From Vicugna vicugna (Eukaryota): a DNA stretch of 64,000 nucleotides. Shown one piece after another: positions 24,982 to 38,590 of this stretch; within the stretch, counting starts at the first letter, position 1, and each line of letters opens with the position of its first letter. A program made the translations under genes and the position numbers. Location: positions 620,001-684,000 of the forward strand of contig MU058444.1 of assembly GCA_013265495.1 (NCBI GenBank), written 5' to 3'. The notes below the pieces were generated by a model that worked only from the letters and a program-made list of their open reading frames with translations, did no database searches and was not told the origin of the DNA.

Positions 24982-25499
24982 GTAAGTCCAAATTGCGAGA
25001 ATCCACAAGGGTTAACTCTCTCAGAAATGTATGGCTCTGCTGTTACTAGAACTATTTAAAACCTATAATATTCTAAAATAATGCTGAGCTTCTGAGTATA
25101 ATTTTTGATATTCTTAAAGTGTCTATTAGAAACTTCCAGTTTGGGTATGACTTCTGCTCTTTGTAATATTGGCAGTACAAATGATTGCCTTAAATATAAA
25201 AATGCCCAAGGGAATAGAATTTTATAATTATGTCTTATTATTAACATATATTTATTCATATATATATATATATATATATATGACAAATAAAAGCTAAATA
25301 AAAGCTTTTGCACTGACCTTTTTGTGGCGGTAGCTTATTTTGTCAATCCTTTGGCTAACTAATTGCACAAAATAATTAAAGTGAGCGTAGTCCTCATAGG
25401 AAAAAGATCCCCTTGGATTCAAGTTTGTCATGCTGAAAACCTGGGAAAATTTTACTCCATCATATCAGTGTTACGCAGACATTCTCACTTGCAGAGTAT

Positions 25500-26031
25500 C
25501 TGAACCTTCGGTGGCTTCCAGTTACCGGTAGAATGAAGTTCAGGATTCTTACCATGACGTAGAGACCTGTGGTTTGGTTCTGGCCTCCTGCTTTCACGGA
25601 CTCATTGGGACCAGCTTCCACACATAATACTCCTGAGAAAACAGGACTGTGTCTGCTCCCTAGATATGCCATGTCCCTCATGCTTCTCCACTTAGCCAGG
25701 TCATGTCTCCTCTGACCCAGATGGTTACCTCACCTGGTTCCAGATGGTAAGATCCCACACACGTGCCGAGACCCAGGTCAGAACTTCATCTTCTGCGAGA
25801 ATTTTTCTTGACTCCTAGGGAGACTCATTGTCCCCTTCTCCATGGTGCTGGATGCTTGTCTGGACAATAGAACTTATCCTATCATAATGCAATTAGCTGT
25901 GTTACTGTCTGTCTACTCCACCAGAAGGTAAATATCTTGAAGGCCAAGTGCAGGGACAATAGTTGTTTCTATCCTAATTTCCAGCATGCACTGTGATCAA
26001 TCAAGGGATGAATGAGTGAATGAATGAATGA
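25500..26031 (+). mobile_element. L2 LINE 3' region
   Basis: Ends in the typical gaatgagtgaatgaatgaatga tail after tgtctactccaccagaaggtaaatatcttgaagg. Confidence 0.65.
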
Positions 26032-26482
26032 CCTGCCTTTCCTAAGGACTTTCCTAAGGACTGCTTTACCCAATGGGCGACCACGTAGAAATATCTGCGT
26101 GCTGCTCTGAGGGACCTTGCTACACAGTCACCTGGGATCACTCTTGTGATTCAAAGCACGGAGATGACACTAATTTCCATTGATAAAACAGAGTTTTAAT
26201 TATTTTTCCTGTGTGACCATAAAAAGTCATGATACTTTCTCTTCGTCCCCAAATTATTGTCCGGGAAACACGTGGGTGTGTTTTGTCTTCAGCAACTTCC
26301 TCAAGGTGATATTTCACATGCGAGTATCTGAAAGCACGATTGAGAGCGAATTGCTCACGGCCAAGGCATGCTGGATTGCGTAATTCCTAAATGGATGGGC
26401 AACACCTACCAGTGTATTCCAAACAATAGGTTTTGTGGGCTCTGACCACATTAATGGTGCTGATGGATGTTTTCCCTTCCAG

Positions 26483-26528
26483 GAAACTGAGATAATGAAA
26501 GAAATCATACAGAATGGACCGGTTCAAG
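26483..26528 (+). CDS. TINAG: TINAG exon 8 (ETEIMKEIIQNGPVQ)
   Basis: Acceptor cttccag|GAA, donor CAAG|gtaagc, 46 nt; EIxxNGPV cathepsin motif. Confidence 0.96.
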
Positions 26529-29413
26529 GTAAGCTTGGAGGAAATATGACTGTGTCTTGTTTATTCCTTTCACGAACATTACATTTTAGCGCATGTAAAA
26601 GGAGCTCAATAAATGAAAGGAAATGTTTACTTTTAGAATATTCTTAGGGATTCAATCGTTCTAAGACTAACGTAATTATAGGTGATATGCTCCCCCGATA
26701 GCTTCATCAGCTGCCATTTTATTTGAGGGAGATAAACTCATTCACAAACTGATTTCTTCAATAAATTTTGATGATAACATCTGATGCAATTTTGCTAAAC
26801 TCTATCCAAAGGGATCATGGACCAAACAGACATTCAGACATGAAATGCTAACTGATGAAGCTTGTTTAACTGTTTGGTTATATTTCAGAATCACATATAG
26901 TGTTGGACATTTTCTCACTTCAGTTTAAATGGATTAGGTAATGGACTGGAAAAAAAAAATCAAGATTTAGTCCTAAAAACAAAGTAGACACTTTCCTTTT
27001 TCTATAAGCCCCCAATAAATCAAGTAAGCCACTGTGATTTTTATTTTTATAAAATGCTTTCCAGTTTGATCAGTTTTATAAATATGTTATGGATAGTATT
27101 AACAGTAAATAAGGAAATAATATATGGACTTTGCACTGATTTTGATATTAAGATATTATCTCTGATACGTATTTCCTCTGCTTACCTACTGGATTTTATT
27201 TTACACCAAGGGCATGAATAAAGATACATTCACAGTGTGTATTCTCTGTACTAAACATTGTCTTGAAATGCTTGGAAGAGCAAATCCAGTGAGGGCTAAA
27301 ATAGAAATTCAGGGTGTAGACACTAAAAGGGCCGAAACATATTATCAATGCAGTGGAATTGATAAATCAAATAATTAGATTAAATAAACCAAAATTAAAA
27401 CTAAAATAGTTGATATATACTAAGGAACTATTGGCCAATATATATTTGTGTTTTCCTGAATGCTGGCCTAATTAGTATTGGCTCAACATATAGCAAGAAG
27501 CACAGATTTTTCAATCGTGTTGGGAGGATTTTTATTGCTCTTTATCATCACTTAATATTTATTGAGAAATGAAAGCTTACTCTAAACATGTCCTGAATTT
27601 AACTGGTAAAATCCTGGGGCCTTACTCAAAACCTGAAACAGACAAAGAGAAAATATTTCTCTCCTTCCAGTTGTGTAATTTCTGATAAAAGAGTGGGGGA
27701 GGTTCATGCATAATTTAAGTGTATGCTTCATTAAGTGGAATTTGTGTGACAAATTCGAAGGAGCACAGGCGTTTGAGGTCAAGGCTGAATTTAAAATTCC
27801 ATTCTTGACATTTGCTGCTGAAATGACTTTGGTCCAGTTATTTAAACCTCTCTGAATCTTCGAATCATTGTATTGCAGTTTCAAGTTTCTCTTTCTCGCT
27901 CTCTCTCTCATTCTTTTCATCAGTCAAAAGAAATCTGGATCATAATTATTTAAAATTGAGAACACCTTAGGTTTTTCTTATGGTCAAATACGTAAGTTTT
28001 CACGAATTACATAATGAATCAAATAGAGATATAATTTGAAACTAATAAAGTTGAAATTCCAATTATTCAACATCCATGTAACAAATGCTTGGTGAGAACC
28101 TTCCTCCTGCCAGCCTGAGCCAGGAGCACGAAACAGAGCTCACCATCCTACCCTCCTATGTGCGATGATTATGTGAAATAAGTTTGCTGCAGTTTTCCCA
28201 AAAGTTAAAATTGCACTGAGGTAGCTTAAGTAGTTACCTGTTGATGGGTTCACCAAGTCTGTTTTGGCATCAGGACCCAAAGGAAGGTCACCTTCAAGTT
28301 AATTGTGATGGCATCTCACCTACGTTTCTTTAGTTGGCAGTGTTTTTCCCCATTGAAGAGAATATTTTATTCGTGGTGCTTAGAGAGAGTGGAAAGGAGC
28401 TGAAAGGGTCAGTGGTTCCACAGAAAAGACAGCCCCTAGCAGCATCCTCAGACTTTTAGAGACACTGGTTGCCTCGTCTTGTTGTAGATGCAATGTAGTT
28501 TATCTGCACCTTGTTGCCTGGGTTAGCAAATAGCGTTTTCCCCTTTTCGGTACAAAAGCATGTGAAAGGCAATAGAATGCTGAATGAATAGCACTGTATG
28601 CCTTCTAAAACCTATAGAATTAAAAATGGGTTTAGGTGCTGGAAACAGAACAAAAGCAAAGATCTACAGAGAGTACAGTTAAATAAATTCCTTAAATCCT
28701 ATAGGAATGTGCTTTTAAGTAAATAAAGAAGATTTAACCTCTGTTGAGAATATTTGGACAGCCTCAGAAAAGGCATGGAACATTAAAAAATAAAAAGTAA
28801 AAGGTGGGATACTGAAAAGCTATATTTGACTTTGGGGACAAAGGTTCACTTTAGGATCTATCAAATGCTAGTGACCTTAGTTTGTATTTTATTTAAAATG
28901 CACGTCAAAGTAAGGCAAGCATTGGGCACTGTAATCAAGGTCTACTTAACTAGTCCCAACTGAAAATATGTTTAATTCACGTCTTGTGGAGGAGAAGTTT
29001 AAAGCCTTCACCCTGAATTGCCCAAGTCCTTCAACAAAGCATCACACGATACAGAAAAGAAATGATCTCAGTGAGAGAACGAAGGGGCACTTTATAAAGT
29101 ATAAGCTCTGATTTTCTAAAGAATGCACTCTTGGCTTAGCTCTCCAGAGCTGAGGGGATGCAGTCTTGCCAGAGCCTTCTTTTGCCAAGGGTTTGTTTTT
29201 TGTTCAAACCCACCAAGGGAAGTTTTGTATTTACGTCTAAGGATTAAGGACAATTACTCTGAGTGCTCTATGCTAGGTTTATCCTTTGCTGCTAGCTTAA
29301 TTCGAGTTTTAAGAGGCTTGTGGAGATGTCCAAGGTTAATGGAGAAATAGCGAACCCTAGCCAAGTGTATGGGCTTCCTGAAAGGGCTCAGTTCTGTCAA
29401 TTAAGAATAGATA

Positions 29414-29618
29414 CAAACTACTGTATATAAGAGAGATAAACAATAAGGACCGATGGTACAGCATAGGAAACTACATTCAATATCTTGTAATAACGTATAA
29501 TGGAAAAGAACATGAAAATAAATATGTATATATACACACATATATATATGACTGAATCACTATGCTGCACACCAGAAATTAACACAACATTGTAATCAAT
29601 TATACTTCAATAAAAAAC
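29414..29618 (+). mobile_element. L1 3' end
   Basis: caaactactgtatataa...gactgaatcactatgctgcacaccagaaatt...caataaaaaa; perfect TSD aagaatagata (29403-29413 / 29619-29629). Confidence 0.92.
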
Positions 29619-29870
29619 AAGAATAGATAGTGTTCTAAATGTACACAACGTATTTAAGTAATATTCTAAATAGCAAAAAATTGTCTTCATAAAAGAATAA
29701 GAAAATATTGCAGCCAATTAAATAGGAAAGAAATTAGGCTGAATTCCAAAATTCCTTCTTAGGGTCTACCCCTGGCAAGTTACTCAATGATTGTTCTGTG
29801 AGACTTTTTGGAGGTTTTTAAACACGATGGTTTAAAATCTGTGCCATTTATCCTGTTGGTTTTATTTTAG

Positions 29871-29994
29871 CCATAATGCAAGTCCATGAAGATTTCTTCA
29901 GTTATAAGACAGGGATATATAGACATGTTACCAGCCCAAGTGGAGAGTCAGAAAAATATCAAAAGCTTCGGACACATGCAGTCAAACTCACTGG
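29871..29994 (+). CDS. TINAG: TINAG exon 9 (AIMQVHEDFFSYKTGIYRHVTSPSGESEKYQKLRTHAVKLTG)
   Basis: Acceptor tattttag|CC, donor CTGG|gtaagg, 124 nt; EDFxxYKxGIY motif and active-site-His motif HAVKLTG. Confidence 0.97.
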
Positions 29995-30879
29995 GTAAGG
30001 CAATTTCTTAAAAATCTTCATTTAATGCTTTTGGAAAATAGAACTGAAAATAGAGTATGTAATGCACTTAGGTGCCTGAATTCCTCCTGATATGAGAGAT
30101 TCTGATACAAATTAAAAATGATCAAAGCCTTGACACTCTTCAGTCATTATTTTAAAGTCCTACGAAAAAGTAACTCAATATTCTGGGAAAAGTAACCAAA
30201 TCCTATCTCTCATGTGCTTGGGAATCCATCCTAAAAATCTGTTCTAAGGGCAAGGAAAATAGATTATTGGAGTAAATTCTACACATGGAATAATCAAGGA
30301 AAGGGTACAAACCCCAAAGTATGTTAGGATTTGGGGAGAAGGTTTGGAATGGATTTAGAATGGCAGAGATTAAGCAGGGAGAAAGGGTAGGGTCACCTTT
30401 CATTCAATGTAAAATTGTGTTTTTTAAAATATTTATGTGAGAATTTTGGAAATTCTATTTATTAAGTTTTTAAGTAAAATATATTCAGCTCTACAAGGGC
30501 AAGAAACAGGTTCAAAATTCGGCTGCATTTCAAGAGGAAGTCATCTCACAACAGACCCTACTCAGAGGGTGTGGTCACCTGAAATCACTTTCCCCAGCGC
30601 CTCCTCGATCTCCTTCCGACTCTGCCCTGTCTTCATGCTCTTTCTCCTAATGTCTCATTCCCCTTCAGATGAAATATTTCCTGTCCTTCCGGTGAGTACC
30701 TCAAAACCTTTCCCTTTTATCTTGAATCACCGGTACTTCCGCTTGGTGCTCTCACCTTGCATTATATTTCACCAAAGAGATGAAAGCAATCAGAAAAACG
30801 GCTCCCGGTATCACACATGCTCCCTGTCGGTTCCCACTCCTCCCTGTCCTCCCACTTCTCACATAGATGCATCTCCCCT

Positions 30880-32495
30880 GCTCTAATTTATACCCCTCTT
30901 GCCATTTTATAGACCTCAGACCGTCTCCGTGTTCAAGAATATGCAGAGGCAATATTCCCATTTTCTTCTCTGTAACCCATTTTATTTTTACTACCACACA
31001 AGCATGCCATTATTTCTTAGACATTTTGGAAAACAAACAAAAACAAAAACAAAAACCCTTCCTCTCGCCTTCACTTCCTCTACACTCCATGTGTGTTCTT
31101 TCCATCCAGTGAATTTCTAGCAAGATCTATCTGTTTTCATGTTCTTCAATTCCTCTCTGCTCATTTAAACCAAAAATCTTTTCAATGACTTTTTTCCTTC
31201 CTCCTCTTTTCAACAGCATCTGTTTCAAGGTTACCAATGACTTTTATATTTTCTGTCCATCTGTCAGCATCCAGACCTGCCCAACCCCTTCTCCTGCATT
31301 TTCTTTCCTGCCATGACTTTTTAAGACTCTTTGCTCTTCTTTTTCTTTTGTCTGTTCTTCTACACACCTTAGTGTGGGAGTGTCCTGGACTCAGCTCTTA
31401 GTCCTTTCTCCCTTCTATGCTCACTCATTTTCTGCTCAACTCATCAGTCTCTGAGCTCATCCTGGCTTTGGGTACCATCAAACCCCTGACACCAGCTAAA
31501 TTTGTATCTGCAGCCCAGATCTGCTCCAGACCTCCAGACTTGTACTTCGCATGTCCTCCTTCACACCTCCACCTGGGTACCTCCTGGATGGCTTACATTC
31601 AACACTTTCAAAACTGAACTCCCTGTCTCTCCCCTCATACTTGCTGAACAGTATCAACCTTCTCCTTCTTAGATGATGACAATGCCATCCTTCCGTATGC
31701 TCTGACTACAAACCTTGGAATCATCCTCTGTTCGTCTCCTTGCAACTCACTTTCAAGATGTCATAAACTCCGTTGGCTCTCCCAACTTATATCCAGAATC
31801 CAACCACCTTTCACCATCCAAACTATCAACATCCTTGCCTGAACCACCATTACCCATTGTTTTGTACGTGGATTCATGGAGTAGCTTTTAACTGTTCCTC
31901 TCACATTTAAGTTTGTCCTGAAAAGTCTATTCTCAACAGAGAAGGCAGGGTGTTTCTTCAGTCAGATCTTGTTGCTTTGCTCCAAACCCTACAGTGCTTT
32001 CCATCTCCCTCAGGGTAAAAGCCAAGCTCCATACAGTGGCCTGCAAAGGCCAGCATGCTCTGAGGACTCCCCCGTCTGCCTGTCTACACCCCCATCAACT
32101 TTCTGATCTCAGTTGCTTTTCATCTGTACCCTGTTTATGGCCCTTTATGTCTCAGGAACCCACACACCAGAGCCCCTCCCTCTGCCTTCCCCGCTCCTTT
32201 ATGCAACGCCTGGTTCCTTGTCCTTGTGCCTCCGTGCAGTCTTTGCTCAGATCTCATCTTCTCAATGTGGCATCCCTGACTGTCCTGCTGAATATTGCTG
32301 CCTGCCCTCTGCTTCAGCTCCTCTGACCCCCTCGCCTGACGTATTTAAATCTTTTCACAACAATGATCTCTTTCTAACAGACTAATTTAATTAGCTTTTT
32401 CTGTTGAGTGTGTATTGTCTGCCTCCCCTACTAGAATGAAGCTGCATGAGAGCTAGTGTCTGTCTTATTCACTAATGTAGCCAAACCTCCAGATA
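30880..32495 (+). mobile_element. L2 LINE, ~1.6 kb degraded 3' portion
   Basis: Typical L2 motifs (cagcccagatctgctccag; gtaaaagccaagctcc; ctagaatgaagctgcatgag...ttattcact). Confidence 0.7.
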
Positions 32496-34919
32496 TGATG
32501 CACTTCATGCTTTTTCTATCTGAAACATGAACGTGTTTTAGCTTATTCTACATCAGTTCTTGTCTGACATCCATTTTTCCATGAGGCAACTCTGTTGAAA
32601 AATAGAGTGAGGAGAAGTTGGAGGGGAGAGCTGGGGCCCTCCTCAGCTTTGATTGGTTTCTAATTCTTGCACCTGTGCTCATCACATCAACTCTGCCCCT
32701 AGTTCAGAGCCCAGAGTTTGGTGGGATTCACAGTAAATCCCCTCCAGGTGCTAATCTTTGCCTTTTCTTTTGCATCACATTCTCCATCTTTCAACCATTG
32801 CCCTTGGTGGGTTGGCCAGGACTTCTGCAGCTCAATGGGCCCCCAGTGTGCTTTCTTCTTCAGCTGACCTCCTGGGATGGCAGGGTGGGATGGGAAGGGA
32901 CTGCCACTCTGATCACTTTGCCCTGCTCATGGCTTTTGTTGGAAAGTGCATGAGGGGGTGTTTCTGGATCGTCTTATGTGCTTTTAAGGGGAAAATTTTT
33001 CCATTCAAGTCTGGAGAGGAAGGAGGAGGGCTGTGGTGAGCCTTGTTTCTCAGCATCTATTTTTGCTTTGATACAGAACAAAATGTGTTTTTTTTCTGTT
33101 ATTCCTCAAAGTTGTGTTTTGGGGATTATGGCTATATGCCTGGTTTACTAAAGAAGAAAAGAAAGAGGTCTTGATTTTTAAAACTTGTTTTATTATGTTT
33201 TTCCACTCTTAATTGTTTAGTGACTTCTCAGGAAAGCAGATGGAATAAAAATGCCTCATACCGTCACTGTCACTGGGAACTCAGCTCCGCTTGAGTTCTG
33301 TTTCCCTTCAGTTTGAAAATCTTATTGCTTCTAAATCTCTCCTTCGTCTGCACGTTTCATTATCAATTTTTGTTTTCTCTAACAGCATCCATGATTTGGA
33401 AAAATTCTTCCCACACCCATGGTGATTGAAACGGTTTTTCCTGTCATTCAAAGATAGGAAATGTTACCATCCTGGAAATGGCAATGTGAATGTGGAGCCT
33501 TCCTTGGCTTATCAGAACTGTTCCTTTATCATCGCTGCCACGTATTTAGCCATGCTGGTCATGTTTTCTTTGCTCTGCTCCTACATTTGCTCATGCTGCG
33601 TTTGAGCAAGCTATGAATGTGTTTACATCTCATCACTCTGCAGTGTGTATATTTTCCTTGATCAGTGTGTCAGTTGCATGAATACGTTCACTTTTATAAA
33701 CTCTAGAAACTTGAGGCATTTATAAATTTGCCTCACAGGTGTGACAACTAACAAGGCTAATTCTGCTAATGGGCAAATAACTTTTGGAGAATTTGTTTAT
33801 TTTTCAGAAATATTTTAGGTCCCTGGGCATTGTTCAATAATCCGGAGCAGTAGATTTTAATTCATTTCTCCATTAGTAATTCCTGATTTGGTAATTACTG
33901 TATTTAGAAAATTAATGCATTGGTGAATTAGAGAGTAATCAAATAGCCCAAGTGACTTAGTGTTCCTTATCGAAGAACTTAATATGCTTCTAAGAAGTAC
34001 CTTACGAATTCATCGCAACAAATTCTGTTTGCTGTCCATTCCGTAGGAGACAGAGCTATTAGATTTAGCTTACTTGAACAAATGAATTTAAACTTCTGAC
34101 AAATGCCCATCACTGGAGAATACAAGATTTAATATATACTCCTGCTCTTAAGGAGTTCAGGAATAAGGTAGAGACATTCACAACTGATTCTAGGGTAAAG
34201 TGATAAAAGCTATACATTTCCACATATATAAAGCACAGAAGAGTGGTAGGTAGATAAACACTTGTAATGTCTTTCTTGGCTCCTCATAATTTGATTGCAC
34301 TCCTCTCTCTTCTCTTTCCAAAACCTCTGTCTATCGCCATGGTGGATACTATCATTATAAAAGCATTTAATTAAATTAAAAATGCCATATATTCTGAAAT
34401 ATGGCATTATTTTATTTTACAACAGTAAGGATAAAATATTACCAATTAAACTAAGAAACTCTATTGATTGTCAGATGGATTTCAATCTTAGAGATGTTAA
34501 AATGTGAGGGGGAAAAGTGTGTCATAATGAAAAAATAGATATGGTATTTAAGATTTCATCCTGGCCAGTATTTTTTATGCTCTGGTCCTGCTCTACATCT
34601 TCATATGTATTAGAGTTCGTTCTGTGTCCCTGGCCACCAAAGTTCTGAGCTTTCTTTAAACCCTGTCAGAAGTTTATAAAATAGTGCATTTATGTCATTT
34701 ATTTTTGCATATGATTCTCAGGAATCACCACTATAACTTAAATGAAAAAAAAAAAAACCAGTTAGCTATTTTAGAAAATTAAGGGCAGTAATTGGGGTAA
34801 AACCATTGTCAACTGTGCTCGTGGGACAGAATTTTATTGAGGATCTAGTCTATATGTTACAAAAGAGAAAAACAAAATCATTTCAGGATATAATGTTGCT
34901 ATCGTTCAATAGCGTTTTA

Positions 34920-36450
34920 CATGCGAGTTTATTCAACAGACGTTTATTGAGTGCCTGGATGTTTCAGATGTTGTTTTAGATGCCAGGGATGTATCAGTAA
35001 ACAAAATAGACATAGATTCTGGTCCTCATGAAATTTATATTCTGCTGATGGATATATAGCTGTTAGGCAAATACAATTGCATCTTATGAAAGGCCAGAGT
35101 TTTGGTGTCAAACTTTGTGTGTGTGTCTGGGGTCAACAGTATAAACATTTTTACTTATGAATATTGAACAGAGACTCAGGGAGAAGACAAGCAGTTGTGA
35201 AATAGAGGCCAAGAGAAAGTAAACATTAAATAGTCCAAGAAGGAGAGATGAACGAATAGCAAAGATGTTTTCGAGTAGATTGTGAATGATGATTGCAGTT
35301 TTTAAATTAAATGGAGCATCCCAAAATACATGAAAAATATTGTAAAGTGGTGGAAACTGGCCATGTTTCCAATAAGTGACTGTGAAGCCATTTAGTTTGA
35401 GTAAATCATTAAAAAATTCAAGTCAAAGTTTCCTGTAAACTTTGGTGCAAATCTACATAATATGACTTAAAATTGGGCACAAATAGAATGATTTATGTGT
35501 TTTTCTTTGCTATATATTTAACAAATATTAAAAGAAAACCCATGCTATTACTGGTGCTGTGCTGAGTAGTAGGCAAAATGAGAAAAAAAACAAGCAACAA
35601 CAAAAAAAAACAGCCCTTGCCCTCCCAGTGCAACTAGATAGTAAATACAAAAATGGAAAGTTATGAAACATTTCATAAAGGCAGAGTAGAAAGTGAAAAG
35701 AGATCATTTAATACTTGATCTAGACTTGAGGATCTGAGAAATGTCTTTGAGGAAGAAAAGTATGAGCTGAGATTTATGGGCTGATTAGCAACAGGCAAAG
35801 GGAGCAGCTTGTGCAAAGGCCCTGTGGTTAGAAGGATAGAAGACACTGTCTGAATGCAAAGAAGGTTGTGTTTGCTGAATCTCAAAAGGCAAGGACCTGT
35901 AGGCCAGTTTACAGAATTTATTTAAATATGTTAAGTATTTTGTTAAGGATCTTAAGAGCAGAGGGAAGTCAATGAAGAGATTTAAATAGAAAAGTGGCAT
36001 GATCTTTCTTTGTAGTTTTTTAAAGATTGCTTTAACTGTAAAGAATGTGGTCTAAAAGGCAAATGCTGTTAATCTTAGTAAAAGATAGAAGCCTGGACTT
36101 GGTAAGATGGTGGAAGAGTTGGGGAGATATAAGTGGACCAAGAACCATTTAAAGGGCAAAGCTGGGAGATCTGATATGGATTTGGAATCGAGTGTGGATG
36201 ATGACATAGGGAAGGAGTTCACTTTCGGGTCTGATGATTTCAAGGAAAAATGCAGATAGATGTCAGAGAATTCAGGTAGATACACTGATCTCAGGGTCAT
36301 AGTAGCCATCAGGGTTGAAGATGGGCGATACTGAACTGAGTAAGAAAAAAAAAGGAAGTTTGACTGAGGCTAAGCCATGGGAAAATCTGGTATTTCGTGA
36401 CTGGTTAGGTGACTATGAGTCTACAAAGAAAGGAAGAAGAGGTCAGTGAG
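34920..36450 (-). mobile_element. L2 LINE fragments
   Basis: attcaacagacgtttattgagtgcct; gcttgtgcaaaggccctgtgg; gggaagtcaatgaagagattt; boundaries approximate. Confidence 0.6.
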
Positions 36451-37344
36451 GGTTTTTTTGGTTGGTTTGTTTTTCGTTTTTTAAAAAGTGGCTAGTGTAA
36501 GATTTCAAGAAAACTGTGAAACTGTAAGATTGGCATCTGGAGTATTTGAAGATGTTGGTCTTAGAGAGAGACAGTGGCAAGTCTGTTCTATCAGGGGAGA
36601 AGGGAGGGAGGAAGAAGTTAGATGAAGCTGTTTAGCACTTAAGGCAGTGATAAGTTGAGGAAAATTCCTATCAGATTGCTTCTTTTTAAAAAAAAATCTA
36701 CAGAAAGTAGGAAGTATGGTTATCTGTAGAGGGAAGAGGTGGTAGGAGGATGCAGTATCAGAAACTGAGGAGAATAGAGGTAGTTGGCAATAGTCCTCTG
36801 TCTATTTAGGTGGGGGAGTTTCCCAAGGGACCTACAGTAAATTGCCTCGCATTGCTAACAGCAACATCTCTTCTTTTGTGTGTGCCTTCTGCTGCTGTGG
36901 TCAGCTGCTTGGGTGGATGTAGAGAAATGAGTAGTTAAGTTCATCCAAGGCTCAGAGTTTTCCAGATGAGTTCAATGAAGAGTCAGAAAATCAAGGATTT
37001 TAGGATATGAGTGTTGACTTCAGTATTGCTAAGATGGCAGAAGGCTTAATCAGCCTGCTGAAAAGACAGGGTTGATGGATTTGGAGAAAATAGAAAAATC
37101 ACTGGACTAGAGGCCATGATGATTCTGATCTCTGTGATGTTTATGATTCTCCAATTTATTTTTCCTACCTTTGGAATTTTTTATCATTATTTATGAGAAA
37201 AAATGAATCATTTAATAATAAGGAAGTAATATTTTATGATTATGATTGCAGTGTCATAGAGTGACTAAAAGAAGTAATTTTCTATGTTAGTGCCTAATTA
37301 TGTTGTAATACTGATTGTCTACTTTGTAGTCATAAACCTTTGAT

Positions 37345-37542
37345 GTCTGTCTGTCTATCTATCTATCCATCCATCCATCCACATACCCATTCATCCATCC
37401 ACATACCCATCCATCCATCCATCCATCCTGTATATCTATCTATCTATCTATCTATCCATCCATCCATCCTGTATATGTATGTATGTATGTATATATGTAT
37501 CTATCTATCTATCTACTTACCTACCTATCTATCTCTCCATCT
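37345..37542. repeat. Compound (TCTA)/(TCCA)/(TGTA) tetranucleotide microsatellite
   Basis: Direct reading. Confidence 0.92.
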
Positions 37543-38034
37543 AGTTAAAGAAAGTTGCCCATTAGGAGCATAAAATAATGCTTCACAGTTAAATTTCTAA
37601 TATATTTTTCACATATTTTTCTAGACATATCAAATAGCAAGGATTCCTCAAGCAGAAATCATTATCTAGTGGGATTACAAATTATGTGACATAGCTTTCT
37701 TGGGACCACCACTTGTTTTTCCTCATGCATCTTTTTTTCCCCTTCTTCCTTTCTGAATAACAAATGAATATCGAGCCTAAAATTTCATGCTATGTTATGT
37801 TTCACCCCTGGCAAATTGATAAATTCTGAGCAGATGTTTTAATTAGAGATTTTTAATGCATGGCGAGGTCTCAGATAGTTGAATGAACATTTCAACAACA
37901 CTTATTTAGAAAATGCAAATAAATATGTGATAATTAGTAGAGACAAGGCAAAAACATTTAATTTGGATGCTGGCATATCTTTTAACTGCAAAATGCTTAG
38001 TTCTTTCTTTTGGGGGGCTGGGGGGTGCCCTGGT

Positions 38035-38590
38035 GTGAATAACAGTAGCCACTGAAGTGGACTCAGAATATTTACTGGTTCAAGTGCGTTAATAGAAGTT
38101 TATTTCTTATTCATACAAAAGTTCAAGATGGGTGATCCTAGCTTTTGGGTGGCTCTCCTCCATGTGGTTTCAGGGACCCCAAGCTCTTTCCACCATGTTG
38201 CCTGGCCATCTCTTAGGGTCACGTGTTGTGATCTAGCCCCCCCTATGGAAAATGAAGAAGATCATGAGGCGGGCTTCTTACATTTACTTCTTTTAAAGCC
38301 TTGACTCAGAAATGGCCCCTGTTAGTCCATTCACATGCCTTTGGCTAGAACTCATCCACACAATTCTACCCAACCGCAGAGGTGGCTAGGGGTGGGGAGG
38401 TAGAGTGTGTGGAGGGAGGGTATAGCTCAGTGGTACAGCGCGTGCTTAGCATGCACGAGGTCCTGGGTTCAATCCCCAGTACCTCCATTGAAAAATCAAG
38501 TAAATAAACCTAATTACCTCCTCCTTGCCAAAAAAAAACCCAAAAAACAAAAAACAAAAAAAACCCAAAGTGGCTTAGAAATGTTAAAGA
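38035..38590 (-). mobile_element. Old MaLR (MLT1-type) LTR hosting a SINE
   Basis: agaagtttatttctt...gtggtttcagggacccc...ttggctagaactc motifs. Confidence 0.55.
38413..38566 (+). mobile_element. Vic-1-type camelid tRNA-derived SINE
   Basis: gggagggtatagctcagtggtacagcgcgtgcttagcatgcacgaggtcctgggttcaatccccagtacctcca...aaataaacctaattacctcc followed by an A-rich tail. Confidence 0.92.

Noticed and set aside
30437..30886. Longest ORFs in the track (149 aa here, 143 aa at 43427, 135 aa at 58117, 131 aa at 58840)
   Set aside because: Mostly non-ATG starts, no recognisable domains, and overlap with repeats or LTRs; expected by chance.
38419..38486. tRNA-Ala-like gene (also 24295-24362 on the minus strand)
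   Set aside because: It continues into the SINE body and an A-rich tail, with no Pol III terminator right after the tRNA part, so it is a Vic-1 SINE rather than a tRNA.
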